Shown here: positions 46,875 to 59,664 of the stretch, in pieces | How the letters are laid out: the number at the start of each line of letters is the position of its first letter | Numbering within the stretch: position 1 is the stretch's first letter | Assembly (NCBI GenBank): GCA_043228905.1 | Contig: JBHGNT010000012.1 | Location: 992,001-1,056,000, forward strand | DNA length: 64,000 nucleotides | Origin: Azolla caroliniana | Taxonomy: Eukaryota; Plantae; Polypodiophyta | Reading direction: 5' to 3' | Translations under genes and position numbers: made by a program | The notes under the pieces: model-generated | The model's database searches: none | The model's input: only the letters and a program-made list of their open reading frames with translations | Told to the model about the DNA's origin: nothing

Positions 46875-49800
46875 ATGGCTATGGCCAACCCTTTCACTGA
46901 CCTAGACCTCCTCATGGATCACAACACAAGCTTTGCTTCATCAGGTTCCATGTCTCCTTCTTCACCTCCTCCTCCTCCATCTAGTTCTGCTCTTCAATTG
47001 CTTGACCCGGAAAGCTCCTCCGCTCTCGTGGATTCCTCATCTATGTCGTCGTCGCCTGTATCATCGTCTTCTCATGCTTCTTGCCATGGTTTTGCTACCC
47101 TCTCCTTGGCTCTAGGCCCTGCCATCTCTCCTGCTTTTCTTTCTAGCCCTAACCTTATTGTGAGACCTAACCCTAACCCTAATCCTTATAGGCGCCCGGC
47201 AAATCCTCCTCCCTCCTTCCCTTCGCAGAAGAGAAGCATAAATCCCAGTGCTGCTCTCATGCCGGCCATCTCCGCCGCCGCCATTTCCTCTCAGGTTATC
47301 ACTGAAGGTATCAGGAAAAGCAGCACCGAGAGAAGCAAAAGCATGAAAAGCAATACTGCCTTCCCTGATTACCAGAAGCTTCTGGACCTTTCTGGAAATT
47401 TTAAAGAACCGGACAACGGCCCAGCCGTCCGTCAGTCTTCTATTGTGTGGTTCCGGAATGATCTCCGATGCCATGATAACGAAGCTCTCATCACTGCTTC
47501 CAAAGAATCTATATCAGTGCTTCCTGTCTATTGTTTCGACCCTCGCGATTATGGGAAGTCTACATCAGGATTCGATAAGACAGGACCTTACCGAGCAAAA
47601 TTCCTTCTGGAGTGTGTATCTGTTTTGAGAGATAATCTTAGAGAACGTGGCTCAGAACTACTGGTGAGGGTTGGGAAGCCAGAAGAGGTTTTGGTTGATA
47701 TTGCAAAGAGCATTGGGGCTGATGCAGTGTATGCAAATCAAGAGGTTTCTTGTGAAGAAGTGAAGTGTGAGAATAAGGTGTCTGCTGCTTTGAAAGAAGA
47801 AGGAATAGATATGAAATATTTCTGGGGTAGTACATTGTTCCATATTGAAGATCTTCCATTCAAGCTCGAAAATATGCCAAGTACTTACAGCGGATTCAGA
47901 GAAAGTGTTCAAAAGCTTGAGGTTCGAGGAGCTTTAGAGTCTCCCAAACAACTTAAAGGTCTTCCTTCTCTGGGAGGACTGAAGCTCGGTGACATTCCTA
48001 CTTTGCAACAGTTGGGCTTGCGGCCTGTTTCTACACCAAAACAGGTATTTTCATAGTCTTTAGAGAGAGATAGAGAGAAAGAGAGGAGAGAGAGATATCG
48101 TTAGAACATTCCTGAACTCAGGATTTTTAATCACGTTCTCCTGCACTTCTACGGGTTAGGGTTTTGATGCTTATAATTATAATTAGACGAAGGAAGAGGA
48201 GAAAATTTTGTACCTTAGGTTTTCAATCCCAGGTCTCTTCATCTCCAGAAAGACCTATTCACTCTAGGTTGGGGAAGAAGCAGCATTCAGTTATTTTCTC
48301 TATCTCAGCCCCCACTCTAAACCCTCGGGTAGAGAGAACCTCACCATCCAATTTTTAGTTGCAATTAGCTCTTTCTTTAGTGTGAGCAAAGAGCGCGAAA
48401 GTTTAATGCGATTGTGACATGCTATGAGTGTGCATGTGTGTGTAGTTTTTAAGTTTTCAGGAGTTTTTTCCTTCAGTAAGTGATCAAAAGAGTGAGGCAA
48501 TTGCTTTCTGCCTGAAAATGGAAGGAGCCTAAGGATTATTAATCATGTTCTTCCTGACCACTAGACGAAACATGATTACCTATTGTGATTACTGTATGGT
48601 TAGTTATAATAGTGAAAGAAGTATTTCTTGCCTCCAAATGTGGTATAAAGTCTAGGAAAAATGGACCGCACACTTATTTATATTGATCATGGCATCAGGA
48701 GGTCTTATATTAACTGTACAAGAACCAGTCAGACTGCCAGGTAGCATAAGTTCCACATGCTATTATGCTTTAGTTCAGTTGGATCTTACACTTATTTGTG
48801 GGTGTTGATCCCGTGGCCTTCCAGTATTGTGTGTGAGAGAGAGAGAGAGAGATCAAACAGGTATAGATAAAAGGGATGGTTGCCTGGCAATGACTACAAG
48901 GTTGTGTCAGCCTTGTTCATTCCACTGTGCCATCCAGCTTGGATATTCCCTGGTTGGCCGCTTGATAGAAAATATGGCATACCTCTAGGGTGTAGTCGAT
49001 ACATCTGAAACTCCACCCAACAGCCTTTACCTCATGTGAATGAGTTTGTTCACCATTCGCTGCTACTGCCACATTTTCTATGTTTATGTGGATTGAAACT
49101 CAAAATACTCTGGCTTTGGATCATGCTAAATTTTAGAACTCTCCGCAATATATAGTTTCAGACTCGATTTACTTTGCACTCTTCTGAAAGTTTTGTCGAT
49201 CATTATTATTACATAGCTAGCTTTAATCTATTAGGGTTTATATTACATCACAATTGTTCACCATCTAACAGTAGCCTTGTTTAACTTAAAAGATCTGTAC
49301 TGATAGTTAATTCAGTTTGGCTATTGCTCTGTCTTTAAGCTTGTCTTGGCATGCTTGAGCTAGGATTTGTTTAGATATGTAACATATTTATACTATGATA
49401 TCATTTACTCTGTTTAGATAGGCAAGTGATATGATTCTCATACTGTGTTGTTCAGATGGATTTGTAACATGATCACTGACAGATCCATAACTTTCTTCTG
49501 AATTGTTGCAGCAGCAGGATGGACAACCAATGGTGGCAGCAGTGTCTCTGGTTGGAGGGGAAGCAGAGGCTCTCCAGAGATTGAAAAGTTTTGCTCAAGA
49601 TCACATGAAACAATCTAAAGGCAAACCTTTTGCCAGCGGCGGTTATGGAGAAAGCCAATATGGATCAAATTTCTCTTGCAAAATATCACCCTGGTTGGCC
49701 ATGGGCTGTCTTTCACCAAGACGTATGTTTGAAGATCTGAAGAGCAGCTCGAAAAGGTAATGAAACCATATATTGTTTGGTATGTGTGCCATGTGACTCT

Positions 49801-50860
49801 AGATTTTCATTTTCCGGCAATGAGATTATGTTTCTCATACAGTACAGTTAGCATTCAACATCATTGTTAAGTGATTTGGCTTTAGGAATTTATGTTGTTT
49901 GTTATCTGTGCCATTTGACTGTCGGATTTTTATGCTGTTTATTGTATGCAATTTGGCTGTAGGATTGTATTCTAACTGTTATGTTGTGTATGACTGCAAG
50001 GCAACTGTTTGAATAAAGGATGTTGTACTATCTTAATTCAACAATCAGGTTTTATGCTGTTTGTTTAGGATTTGCATACTATCAATGCAGCAATTGGTAT
50101 GAATTGTGCCATTATATTGTCTTTAGTGGAAGTAAAAAGAATGTTCACTTTCTTCATTAGAAGTTAGTCTAATAAGTTACAGAAAACAGGTTTTGTTGTG
50201 CTCTTTGTATTCCTTTTTTTGGGGGAGACTTGGGACTGGGGTTTCAAGGTTTATGCTGTTTGTTATCCATGCATGCGGTGTGTGGATTTAGTGTTTGCAA
50301 TGCAATGAATCATAGTCATGCCCTACTCCGCAATACCCTCTGTGGAGCATATGGCAACGACTATATTCTTGTTTTGTTAAAGTTGAAAGGATAATGTTTA
50401 TCCGTTGCATTGCAAGTTTCTCTTTTCAAGAGTGTTCTCCATATGCTTCTCTGTACATGATGAGTTTATCTACTTAAAAAAAGAGCGTGTTTTATTCCCT
50501 CTTTATATTACAAGTTTGTCTAATAAAGAGAGTTTCTGTACGATCTTCTTCCAAATTCTTTCTTTGTGGTTCATTTGATGCAGCGGCACCTCCATATCCG
50601 CATCTGGAGAATCCACCACAAATGATAATGGATTGAATTGGCTTGTTTTTGAGTTACTATGGCGTGATTTCTTCAGGTATTCATGTACTTTCAACTATAT
50701 TATAACTTGATCTTACTTAAAAACAAGTTGATTGCTGATATAAAAACATCTTATTGTCTCATTCTTGAACATGCTTGCTGACAGATTTATTACAAAGAAG
50801 TACGCAGCTAGTAAAGATGGTGTTGTCGCATCTCCTGCCACAGCTGCATTGGCAGTTTGA
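46875..50860 (+). CDS. PHR2: Photolyase/blue-light receptor 2 (PHR2); exons 46875-48044, 49512-49756, 50584-50676, 50785-50860
   Basis: IVWFRNDLRCHDNEAL, VYCFDPRDYGKS..GFDKTGPYRA, GGEAEAL, FSCKISPWLAMGCLSPR, NWLVFELLWRDFFRFITKKY. Short C-terminus typical of PHR2. Exon phases are consistent. Confidence 0.94.
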
Positions 50861-52517
50861 AATGGCAGTTTGAATCAGGGCAAAGTAAATTAATAGCCTT
50901 TCCATTAGCATGATGCTATCATGCCAAATTAGATGAAGAGCAATCTAGCCTTTGCAACACATCTTTGTTGGTTAATCCTCTAGTGTTGGGACTTCTCTTT
51001 CTCTCTTTATTGCATGTTAAGAAAGAAGATCATCGCCTTTATCTGAGAGTCCTTTGCTTCATTGCATATCTCTTAGATAAGTAAATGAGCTTAAGCTCAT
51101 GTTGATAAACCTAACTTGGTTAGGTCCTCAAAGTAGAGTATTCGATACAAAAAACATAATTGTTTTTTTGACATGTCATTATCTGAAGGTTCTTTCGTAA
51201 TATTGATTGTGATTGGATTCAAGTAGAATTGTTTGGTTTCTGGCTCATAGTAGGTGCACATGCCATTGGGATGTTTCGTATATGCAATTCACTGTCAATT
51301 ACAAATGCAGTGCTTTTATGTTTGCATGACCTATTACATTAAGACAATGGGTGTTGCCATCTATTGGCTTTAAATCTAGTAACTCCTTTGAATCAAAAGA
51401 CATTATGAAGGGGGAATGTCCACAAAATTGGTCTGAGCTTTTATGGTTCCCATCTTGTTGACAAAAGGATTGGATTGTTTATCTCATGCCATGTTTTAAT
51501 TTCTTCAAAAGAACTTAGTTATATGGGAAATGTACATTTCTGCTTCTTAATCACTATTGAGAGATATCAACTGCATGAACCTCAATGTGTTTGAACTTCT
51601 TGTACGTGTGAAATTTGGCCACATTCCATTACAAAAACTTGAAAGATCACATTGAGATATTGCAAGGACACAACATTAGTGATTTATGCTATGTTGATAA
51701 AAGGGCACAAATCTTATGATGGCGTATGTTGTAATAACTAACCTTTATTAAGGAAACAATCGGACTGAATGTAATTACTTTGTTCGTTTCAATTAGTTGA
51801 AATTAAAGCATACCATAGACGACAAACTAGATTCTCTTTAATTCCAACATGTAGTTGTGGTTAGAATCAGATTGATGTTGAAAATCTGACTTTGACTTGG
51901 AATACACTAAATCCCATAAATTTGGCGGTGATGGTTCAAACACATGTTGTCTTCCTCTTACAATCTCATATGCTTATTATTGAAGTTTTGGGTAATCAAC
52001 CAAGACACTTCACAACATATTTTAAGGTGTATGGTTTCCAATCACATATCAAACTTGTATTGAAAGGGCATATGGAAACAATGCCTTAGTAGGTGCATTT
52101 GTTTCATTAAAAAAAACAAACAATTCTATTTGAGTTTCATAGGAAACTCTTTGGTAAAACCACAAATTTTAAGATTTTATTACAATTTTTATGTTTTTCG
52201 GAATTTTTTTTTATGAATGTTTCCAACATGCAAGTTAAACCATTTGACCCATATTGCATTGAATGATAGCACCCTTATATGAATCAAAACAATTGGAATT
52301 TACCTTGCTAATGGAAATTCCATATTGCTAATAAAATGATGAAAATGCTAATGTATCTATCAAAAAATGTGAGAATGCCAAACATGGTTACCATATTTGG
52401 CTGAAATGCCACTCCGTTCGTTCTTCCTACAAGTGTCAATGTCTAATGTTGGCTCAATGACATTATCATTGCAATCCTTTTTTTCCCCAAAAAAACTCCT
52501 TCCATCTTATGAGGATG

Positions 52518-52940
52518 TTATATACAAATCCCCGTAGGGATGCGATAGTTCCATCTTATGTGGAGGCCCACTAACTCAAGAAAGGGAGAGGACGAACATT
52601 GTTGTCTTTCGACTCCATTGGATCCGCCCGTGAGGCCATTGTATTGGCTCTTTAGAGTGGCTACAACTTCACTCCATATCTCCTGCAATAACGTTGATTG
52701 ATGCACAGTTTGATTGGAAAAGACCCGTCTACACCGTTGTTTCCAAAGAATCCAAAGAGTTATTGGGTTGATAAATTCCAACACAACTTGAGCTTGACAT
52801 TGATGGGAGTTGAGTGGATATTGTCAATGGTGGAAAACAAAATCTCTTGTGCCTTTATCACCAACGTTATCCCCTCCTCACAGTTTTTGTACTGGTCAAT
52901 TGAGTGTGTCAAATCTTTGCAACACAGGCTCTCGAGCAGT
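52518..52940 (-). mobile_element. L1-type LINE 3' fragment
   Basis: TLWILWKQRCRRVF C-terminal motif of L1 ORF2; degenerate. Confidence 0.65.
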
Positions 52941-53179
52941 CCTTATAAGAAGAACCATGTGGAAGACCCTTTTGAAGGGCAGGAACTTACCTTAGGCAAG
53001 ACGTCTCTCTTGGCAACCCTTGCCATTTCCTTATAAGAAGAACCACGTGAAAGGACCATTTGAAGGGCAAGAACTTATCTTAGGCAAGCCGTCTCTCTTG
53101 GCAAACCTTGCCATTTCCTTATAAGAAGAACCACGTGAAAGGCCCATTTGAAGGGCAAGAACCTATCTTAGGCAAGCCA
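52941..53179. repeat. 88-bp tandem repeat, ~2.7 copies
   Basis: CCTTATAAGAAGAACCA at 52941, 53029 and 53117. Confidence 0.88.
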
Positions 53180-53754
53180 CCACTTTGCTTGGGTTGACGA
53201 GGTATTGAAACGTGTAGGTTATTCATAACGAGGGGAGGCCGAATCGTGATTCGTGCAGTTGCCTATTGCTAGCTTGCTTAGCCTAATAGGAGATCCAGAT
53301 TTTTCATTGTGGGTACACATTTTACAATGAAGGATTAATCAGCGTGGTTAGAAGCAAAAGCAAACAAACAAGAGCCAAATGGAGCTCAATTAGTGCAGAT
53401 AGGGAATGACTAGGTGGTATATGGATCTGGTCTCGACAAACAGCAATTAGCAAGTGCAGGATTTGGGCTTGGGATTTACGGCTCGGAAAACATGAGATCA
53501 TAGTCCAAATGTGTTGCACATTCGCAACGGGAATTTCGGGTGGCCGGCTATCATTTTGCGCCCAACCAATGTGAGAGTAGCTGATAAAACCATGGTCTTC
53601 CCAGGTCTTGCCAGGCCAAGTCTCTTGTAGAAAAATACATACATATTGATATTTATATCATCATTTTGAATATAGCTCATTTTCCTTCCCTAATTAAAAT
53701 TCTTCTTCTATTTCTTCTTCTTCTTCTTCTTCTTCTTCGTCTGCTCAGGAAGCC

Positions 53755-56700
53755 ATGGATATCGAGCAGCCCGAACCAAAACACAGCAGGAAACGCTTCA
53801 ACCTCAGAAGGTCCGTCCAAGCCAGCTTTGGCTCTCCTGAAGATCCAGACTATGTCTTCGACATAGCCTCTAGGTAGGCACCTCCTCTCTTTCTCGTAAC
53901 CCCTATCTCGATTGCTGTAGGGCATGGAATCAATTGAAGATCTTCTACCATGCTCTAACAGAGTTGCAGAGGGTTTCTTGAACCCTGCAAACTTTTTCAG
54001 ATGTTTCAATTGTGAAAAGGAGCTTTGTATGATCCATTGTTGCACATATTCAGTGCAATGATTCATTCATGTTCTTTGAAAATTGTTGTAGTAAGGCTTG
54101 TGCTAATGCATGAATTCATATGCATTTCCTTTTCTTCATATCAAAAGGCATGGATTTATGTAATTCACACATTGTTTTGAAAAAAACGACATTCCTTAAG
54201 TGCATGGATTGGGACATGTATATGATCATCTAGACATGGTAAGGTTTATATATTTTAATTAAGCATCATTGAGTTTCTTAACTGATCGAGGGCTAATAGT
54301 AGGTCACAAACCCACTCTTTGAAACCTAAGGAGAGTTGATGATTTAGTATATATACACAATCACTCATGTTGTATTCTCACATGGTGAATTATCCCCGAA
54401 TGCTTATACTTACTTGAGCTCTAGTGTTGTCATCACTATGTATATCCTTTAGCGTTTTTATCTACTGTTTGTATTACATGTCACATGGTAATTGTAGTTT
54501 TGCTCATCTATCCTTTGACAGTTTGGAGATGTTAACAATGTATTAGGGCTGTACCTTAGTGGTGAGCCAATTCTAATTCTTGCACCCGAGTTTAAATCTC
54601 AATATATGCATTAATTTCCTAGATGCCACTGTGGAATACAAGGGGTTGAACACATGACCTTCTTGTCTTCGCTGGACAACCTTACCAACTGAGCTACAAC
54701 TGTCTGAGCTATTTCTCGCTCTTGATTTGTTAAGTGAATTGTACAGATGGTGTTGATGTCTGGGGATGTTTTTGCTTGATGTGTACATTGTGTAGACGTC
54801 ATATGCTAAGTCATTTTTCAGTGGGAGTTTTTGATTGAATATCGAGGCGATTCACTTCAAATTTCCATATTTACACGACATTGCAAAGACAAATTATTAC
54901 TTTGTGAATGCATTACAGCTCAGACAATGCTGTTATGGCGGTGTCATTATCGATCAACACAATAAAATTGTACTCTCCAGGGACTGGCCAATTTTTGGGA
55001 GATTGTCTTGGACACACAAATACAATAACTGATGTGCTTTTTCCAGATCCAACGACGCCCCATTTGTTTTGTTCATCATCAAGTGATGGTACAGTAAGAT
55101 ATTGGGATATTAGAACTCGACAAGAGGTACTTACATATTTTTGGTGCATGCAAGAAAGTGTATATTGATATAGGCTTGGTATTGGTGGCAGTTCTTTTGT
55201 AAATTCAGATGTGGTACTTGTTCTCTTTCATCAGGTTAACATGCTCAAATCTTATGAATCTCCTGAGATATTCAGCGTTAGCTTTGGAGGCTCTAGTAAT
55301 AACTTAGTTGCTGCTGGCGGCAAGTCTAAGGTATAATAAATCCTCTGTTATATGATTGTTTGCAAGGAAGATTCTCCAGTGTAGGTATTCCTTTTGTACC
55401 ATGGTCTATATATTTCTGCTCACAGAGGATGGTATATATATTGTGTGTGTGAAAAGGCATAAATAGGGTATTGCAGGTGCTGTTTTGGGATTGGAGGACA
55501 AGGAAAGAACTGGCATGTCTTGAGGAGTGTCATATGGAGGATGTGACACAAGTAAGTATTATCGATGATGATTTATGGATAATTATATTTGTCATCGATT
55601 ATAGTCATAGAGATTAATGTTGAGTGGCTCTAGGTTCGCTTTCACCCAATCAGGAAGGAGAAGGTCGTGACAGCATCGGTTGATGGGCTCATGTGTGTGA
55701 TTAATACATTAGGGGAAATTAATGATGACGATGGACTGGACATGGTAATACTTTTCTTGCGCTCTCCAATATTCTTTTACTGAGGTAAAAAAATATGGCT
55801 ATTAAGCTGCAATGTTACTTTCCATTACTGGTGCAGGTGATGGGTGTAGGGACTTCTGTGGGGAGGATTGGCTTTTATGGACCATCATATGAAAAATTGT
55901 GGTCCTTAACTCACATTGAAACCCTGAGGCAAGTCTCCAGACTTGGGCAAAAAGGCATTCATATAAAATGGTTATAGGAAATTGATATTTCATCGCTATT
56001 CGTATTCTCTTTCCCTCAAAGGTATCACATTATATTATTTCGAATACATAGATTACAAAGATGCAAATTACTATCCCATGATCACATCTAAAAATCAAAA
56101 CAAAGAATAGACATAGCTTTGTTATAGGAGAAGAGTATTTCATTGATGTTATTATTTTGGGTAAATGGGAGTGTATTATACATAGATTACAAAGGTGCGA
56201 AGCACTATGTCACATGGCGACATGTTAAAATCAAATCAAATAAACATAGACAGTATATCTACTAACAAAATGTGAGCTAACTAGGCGAGAAAATCAGATG
56301 TTGAGGTTGATCGACACTACTAAATTGTGTATATGGGGGTGTGTAATACTCGCAGCAATATTGTGTTTCATTAGATGAAGAGGTAGTAAATGACAAGAGA
56401 AGTCATCGCATGGAAGAGGAGGAGAGAGAATAAGTGATGGATATCATTACAAGAGAGAGGTCCCCCTAAGAAAAAATAGTGAGGAAAGAGGAAGAGAGAA
56501 ACTAATCAATGACAGAAGTTCTTCAAGAGAAGGAACAAATGAGTAAATGATGTAGGAATCATGACATGGGAGCTGGAGATGGAGTTAAAAGGCAAAATAT
56601 CACAAAAACGATTGAAATCATGGCATGAAGATAACCAAAAAGAAAAGGAACAATAGACATTTTCAATGTATATTTTTTAATGTGGCTTACGTTTTCTGAA

Positions 56701-57424
56701 TGCAGCATATGGGATTGGGAAGAGGGAACAATACTAGCGGACTTCAACGATACTCGAACCAAAGCTTCTTCAAATTGGACACTTCCACCTGTATCTTTCC
56801 CTAACAGTGCAAATCAGAAAAACTATATCTCATATTGTTTCTAATGAAATTTTTTGATTTGTAAGGGCTTATCTGAAAATTTCTTCATCTCATCCAGGTT
56901 GACTATCTTGTGCAATGCCATTATTCCCGTGCCGCTGAGAGTCTTTGGCTCATAGCTGGCAACAATTCAGGGTTGCTCGGATACTTCCCATTAAGTTTTA
57001 GCACCAGTCAAGTGAATACAGGTTGTGAATCTCTCACATGTATATGTGTGTGTGAGTATAGATCTTATTTTCATAGAGTGACACATGGATCCCCATTTTA
57101 ATTTAATTCAAATCAACCTAACACTAATGCAAGGATATTTCCTCATGAAAAAAATGAGAACAATCAGGTGGAAATCCAGGGATGATAGGGCCAGTGAGTG
57201 CAGTTCTTGAAGGTGGTCATACGAGCGTTGTGAGGAGTGTTTGGTCTCCTTCAGAGAGTATGGCCACATCTCCGGGTTTGTTTTGTTGGACTGGTGGTGA
57301 AGATGGGCGTTTGTGTAGCTGGTCAGAGGGAGATGAAGACATTGATAAGAGTGGAGGATGGGTCTCTAGATCACTTGTTATGAAGAAATCTCATCGTCAC
57401 AAGGTAAGGTCCAAACCATATTGA
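53755..57424 (+). CDS. WD40-repeat protein, WDR89/GTS1-like; exons 53755-53873, 54919-55126, 55235-55330, 55477-55551, 55634-55744, 55837-55928, 56706-56790, 56898-57021, 57168-57424
   Basis: GHTNTITD...SSSSDGTVRYWDIR, VLFWDWR, CHMEDVTQVRFHP, ASVDGL, LTHIETLSIWDW, GGHTSVVRSV...TGGEDGRLCSW. All exons join in frame; intron 55929-56705 is GC-AG. Confidence 0.9.
54545..54702 (-). mobile_element. Diverged SINE-like repeat copy in intron 1 of the WD40 gene
   Basis: AGATGCCACTGTGGAAT...GGGGTTGAAC...CCTTACCAACTGAGCTAC matches the family head. Confidence 0.7.
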
Positions 57425-59130
57425 TCGATGCCAATGAACAAATGTCTTTAAATTCACTTTTTAGCTCCTTTAAAATACAACTAAGCCTTGGTGTTTTGAA
57501 GTGTCCTAGTTTGTTTGTACTACATGATATGATGTTGACCCAACTCAAAACAATTCAGAAGGCATTACAATATATAGATATAATGAGCTTTTCTCTGATT
57601 TCTCAAAGACGCAGCAAATCTTCCAAGTTTGGGTTATTACATGATTGATGTTGAACTTTTCAAATATGAGCATGTTAACTTGCAGGAGAGTTTCCAATGA
57701 AAGATATTCATTTGTTGTATCGTTAACACTGATGTTATTTTCCTATGCTACACTCATATGATGATTTTTTAGCAATTCTGAATAATTCTCGACTAGGGCA
57801 TTCTAATTATTCATGAAGAACCTTTTGGTTCATGAGAAAACATGAGTGGTGTCCCCTCAATAAGATACTTTTATTGCATTGCTGAGGAAATTTGAGTTAC
57901 AAAGCATAACAAGATCATGCATATTCACATGTAAAAATGTATAGTCAGAATGAGGCTATGAAAGGGGATTAAGTTGGCAACAAGGTATGTGAGATCTATG
58001 AAGTGAATGAAATTGGGAAGGTTTGTGAGATCATTTTTCTATGGCATGTCCTTGGCTTGTGAATTTGTCGTCCACGTATTATATCCTTGCTAACCTTTGT
58101 GACAATATGATGATGATATACGAGCATCCATAGGGAGGCCAACATGAAAGTAAAACTGTGATGTATGTGCATACATGTATATATGTATGCATGTATCATG
58201 TATGTATTAGCGAGGTTAATGAATGAAATGCGAATTATGTCGTGCTTTTACACATTCTAGTATTTGATCACTTAAAAGAGTAAACTCCCCTGCGAAGAGG
58301 ACAACACATCTTAGTCTTACGAAACACGGATACAAGCATTGTAAACAAAAGCAAGCAGTAAACCTCCACATGTACTATAATTTGCACTTAGTAAAAGTTG
58401 AAGTACTACCCATGATATATGACTGCCCTTGTGTAGGTAGTAGGGTGGTGGTATGGCTAACTCAAATTCGACAAAATTTGGACTAAAGATGATGAAAAAA
58501 CACCTTGCTTCCCCCAAGTGGTAGGCATCAATGAACGCATTGACACATGCACCAACAATGCCAACAATTGTCCTAATGTTAAAACTACAACAAATACATT
58601 AACAGGAACATATTGATTTGACACTTACATCGACAAGTGTACTTGTGTTAAAAACTACAATGAATACATAAATGATCATTGACAGTCGAAATGTGTGTGC
58701 CCAGACCCCTTGTTGGAGGGGGGGGGGGGGTGAAGCAATCCATGCATGATAAGGAGCCCACAAACGTTGAAATTGTAGCAGGTCTGTTATTGATAGGTAA
58801 CATGGATATGGAATGTCGATCGAAACGTGTTGACAAGCAAAGTGAACCATGCCAAACCACACACATTATGTACAACAGAATTATTTATTAGAGATTGTCG
58901 TGAGAGCACTTTAATAATAATGATTATTGATAATAGTGATAAGAGGTTGGCTACCCAAGGGGCTTCCGTTTTACTCAAATGAAATACTTATGAAGAAGAA
59001 GAAGAAGAAATATATGGAGGAGGAGAAGGGTATTTGTTGGACAAATACGATTAAAATACGTACGCGAGAGACATACGTATAAAGTACATGTACGAAGGCG
59101 TGAGAAATACGTATAAAGTATGTATATACG

Positions 59131-59473
59131 AAGAAAGCAGAAGAAGAAGAAGAAGAAGAAGAAGAAGAAGCAACGTGACAGGAACGAAGAAGCAGTGGGA
59201 AGCAGAAGAAGAAGAAGCAGCAGCAGAAGAAGAAGAAGAAGAAGAAGAAGCAGAAGCAGCAGAAGAAAAAGAAGAAGAAGCAGCAGCAGCAGCAGCAGCA
59301 GAAGAAGAAGAAGAAGAAGAAGAAGAAGAAGAAGAAGAAGAAGAAGAAGAAGAAGAAGAAGAAACAGAAGAAAAAGAAGAAGAAGAAGAAGAAGTGGCGA
59401 ATGAAGGAGCAGCAGCAGCAGAAAAAGAAGAAGTAGAGTAATTTAAAGAAGAAGAGATGGATGAAGAAGAAGA
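59131..59473 (+). repeat. Long (GAA)n/(GCA)n purine-rich microsatellite directly upstream of taspase-1
   Basis: Roughly 330 bp of GAA interspersed with GCA triplets. Confidence 0.95.
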
Positions 59474-59603
59474 GATGAGAAGGTCTTTCTTCGTTGCAGT
59501 TCACGTCGGTGCAGGATACCACTCTCCGAAAAATGCTTCGGTTTATCGGAAAGCTATGCACGATGCCTGCCTCGCCGCAGCTTCTGTTCTCTCTCAAGTA
59601 AGT

Positions 59604-59664
<61 letters not shown>

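Noticed and set aside
47166-47184. Interstitial telomere-like (CCCTAA)n
   Set aside because: Only about three units, encoding PNPNPNP within the PHR2 N-terminal low-complexity region.
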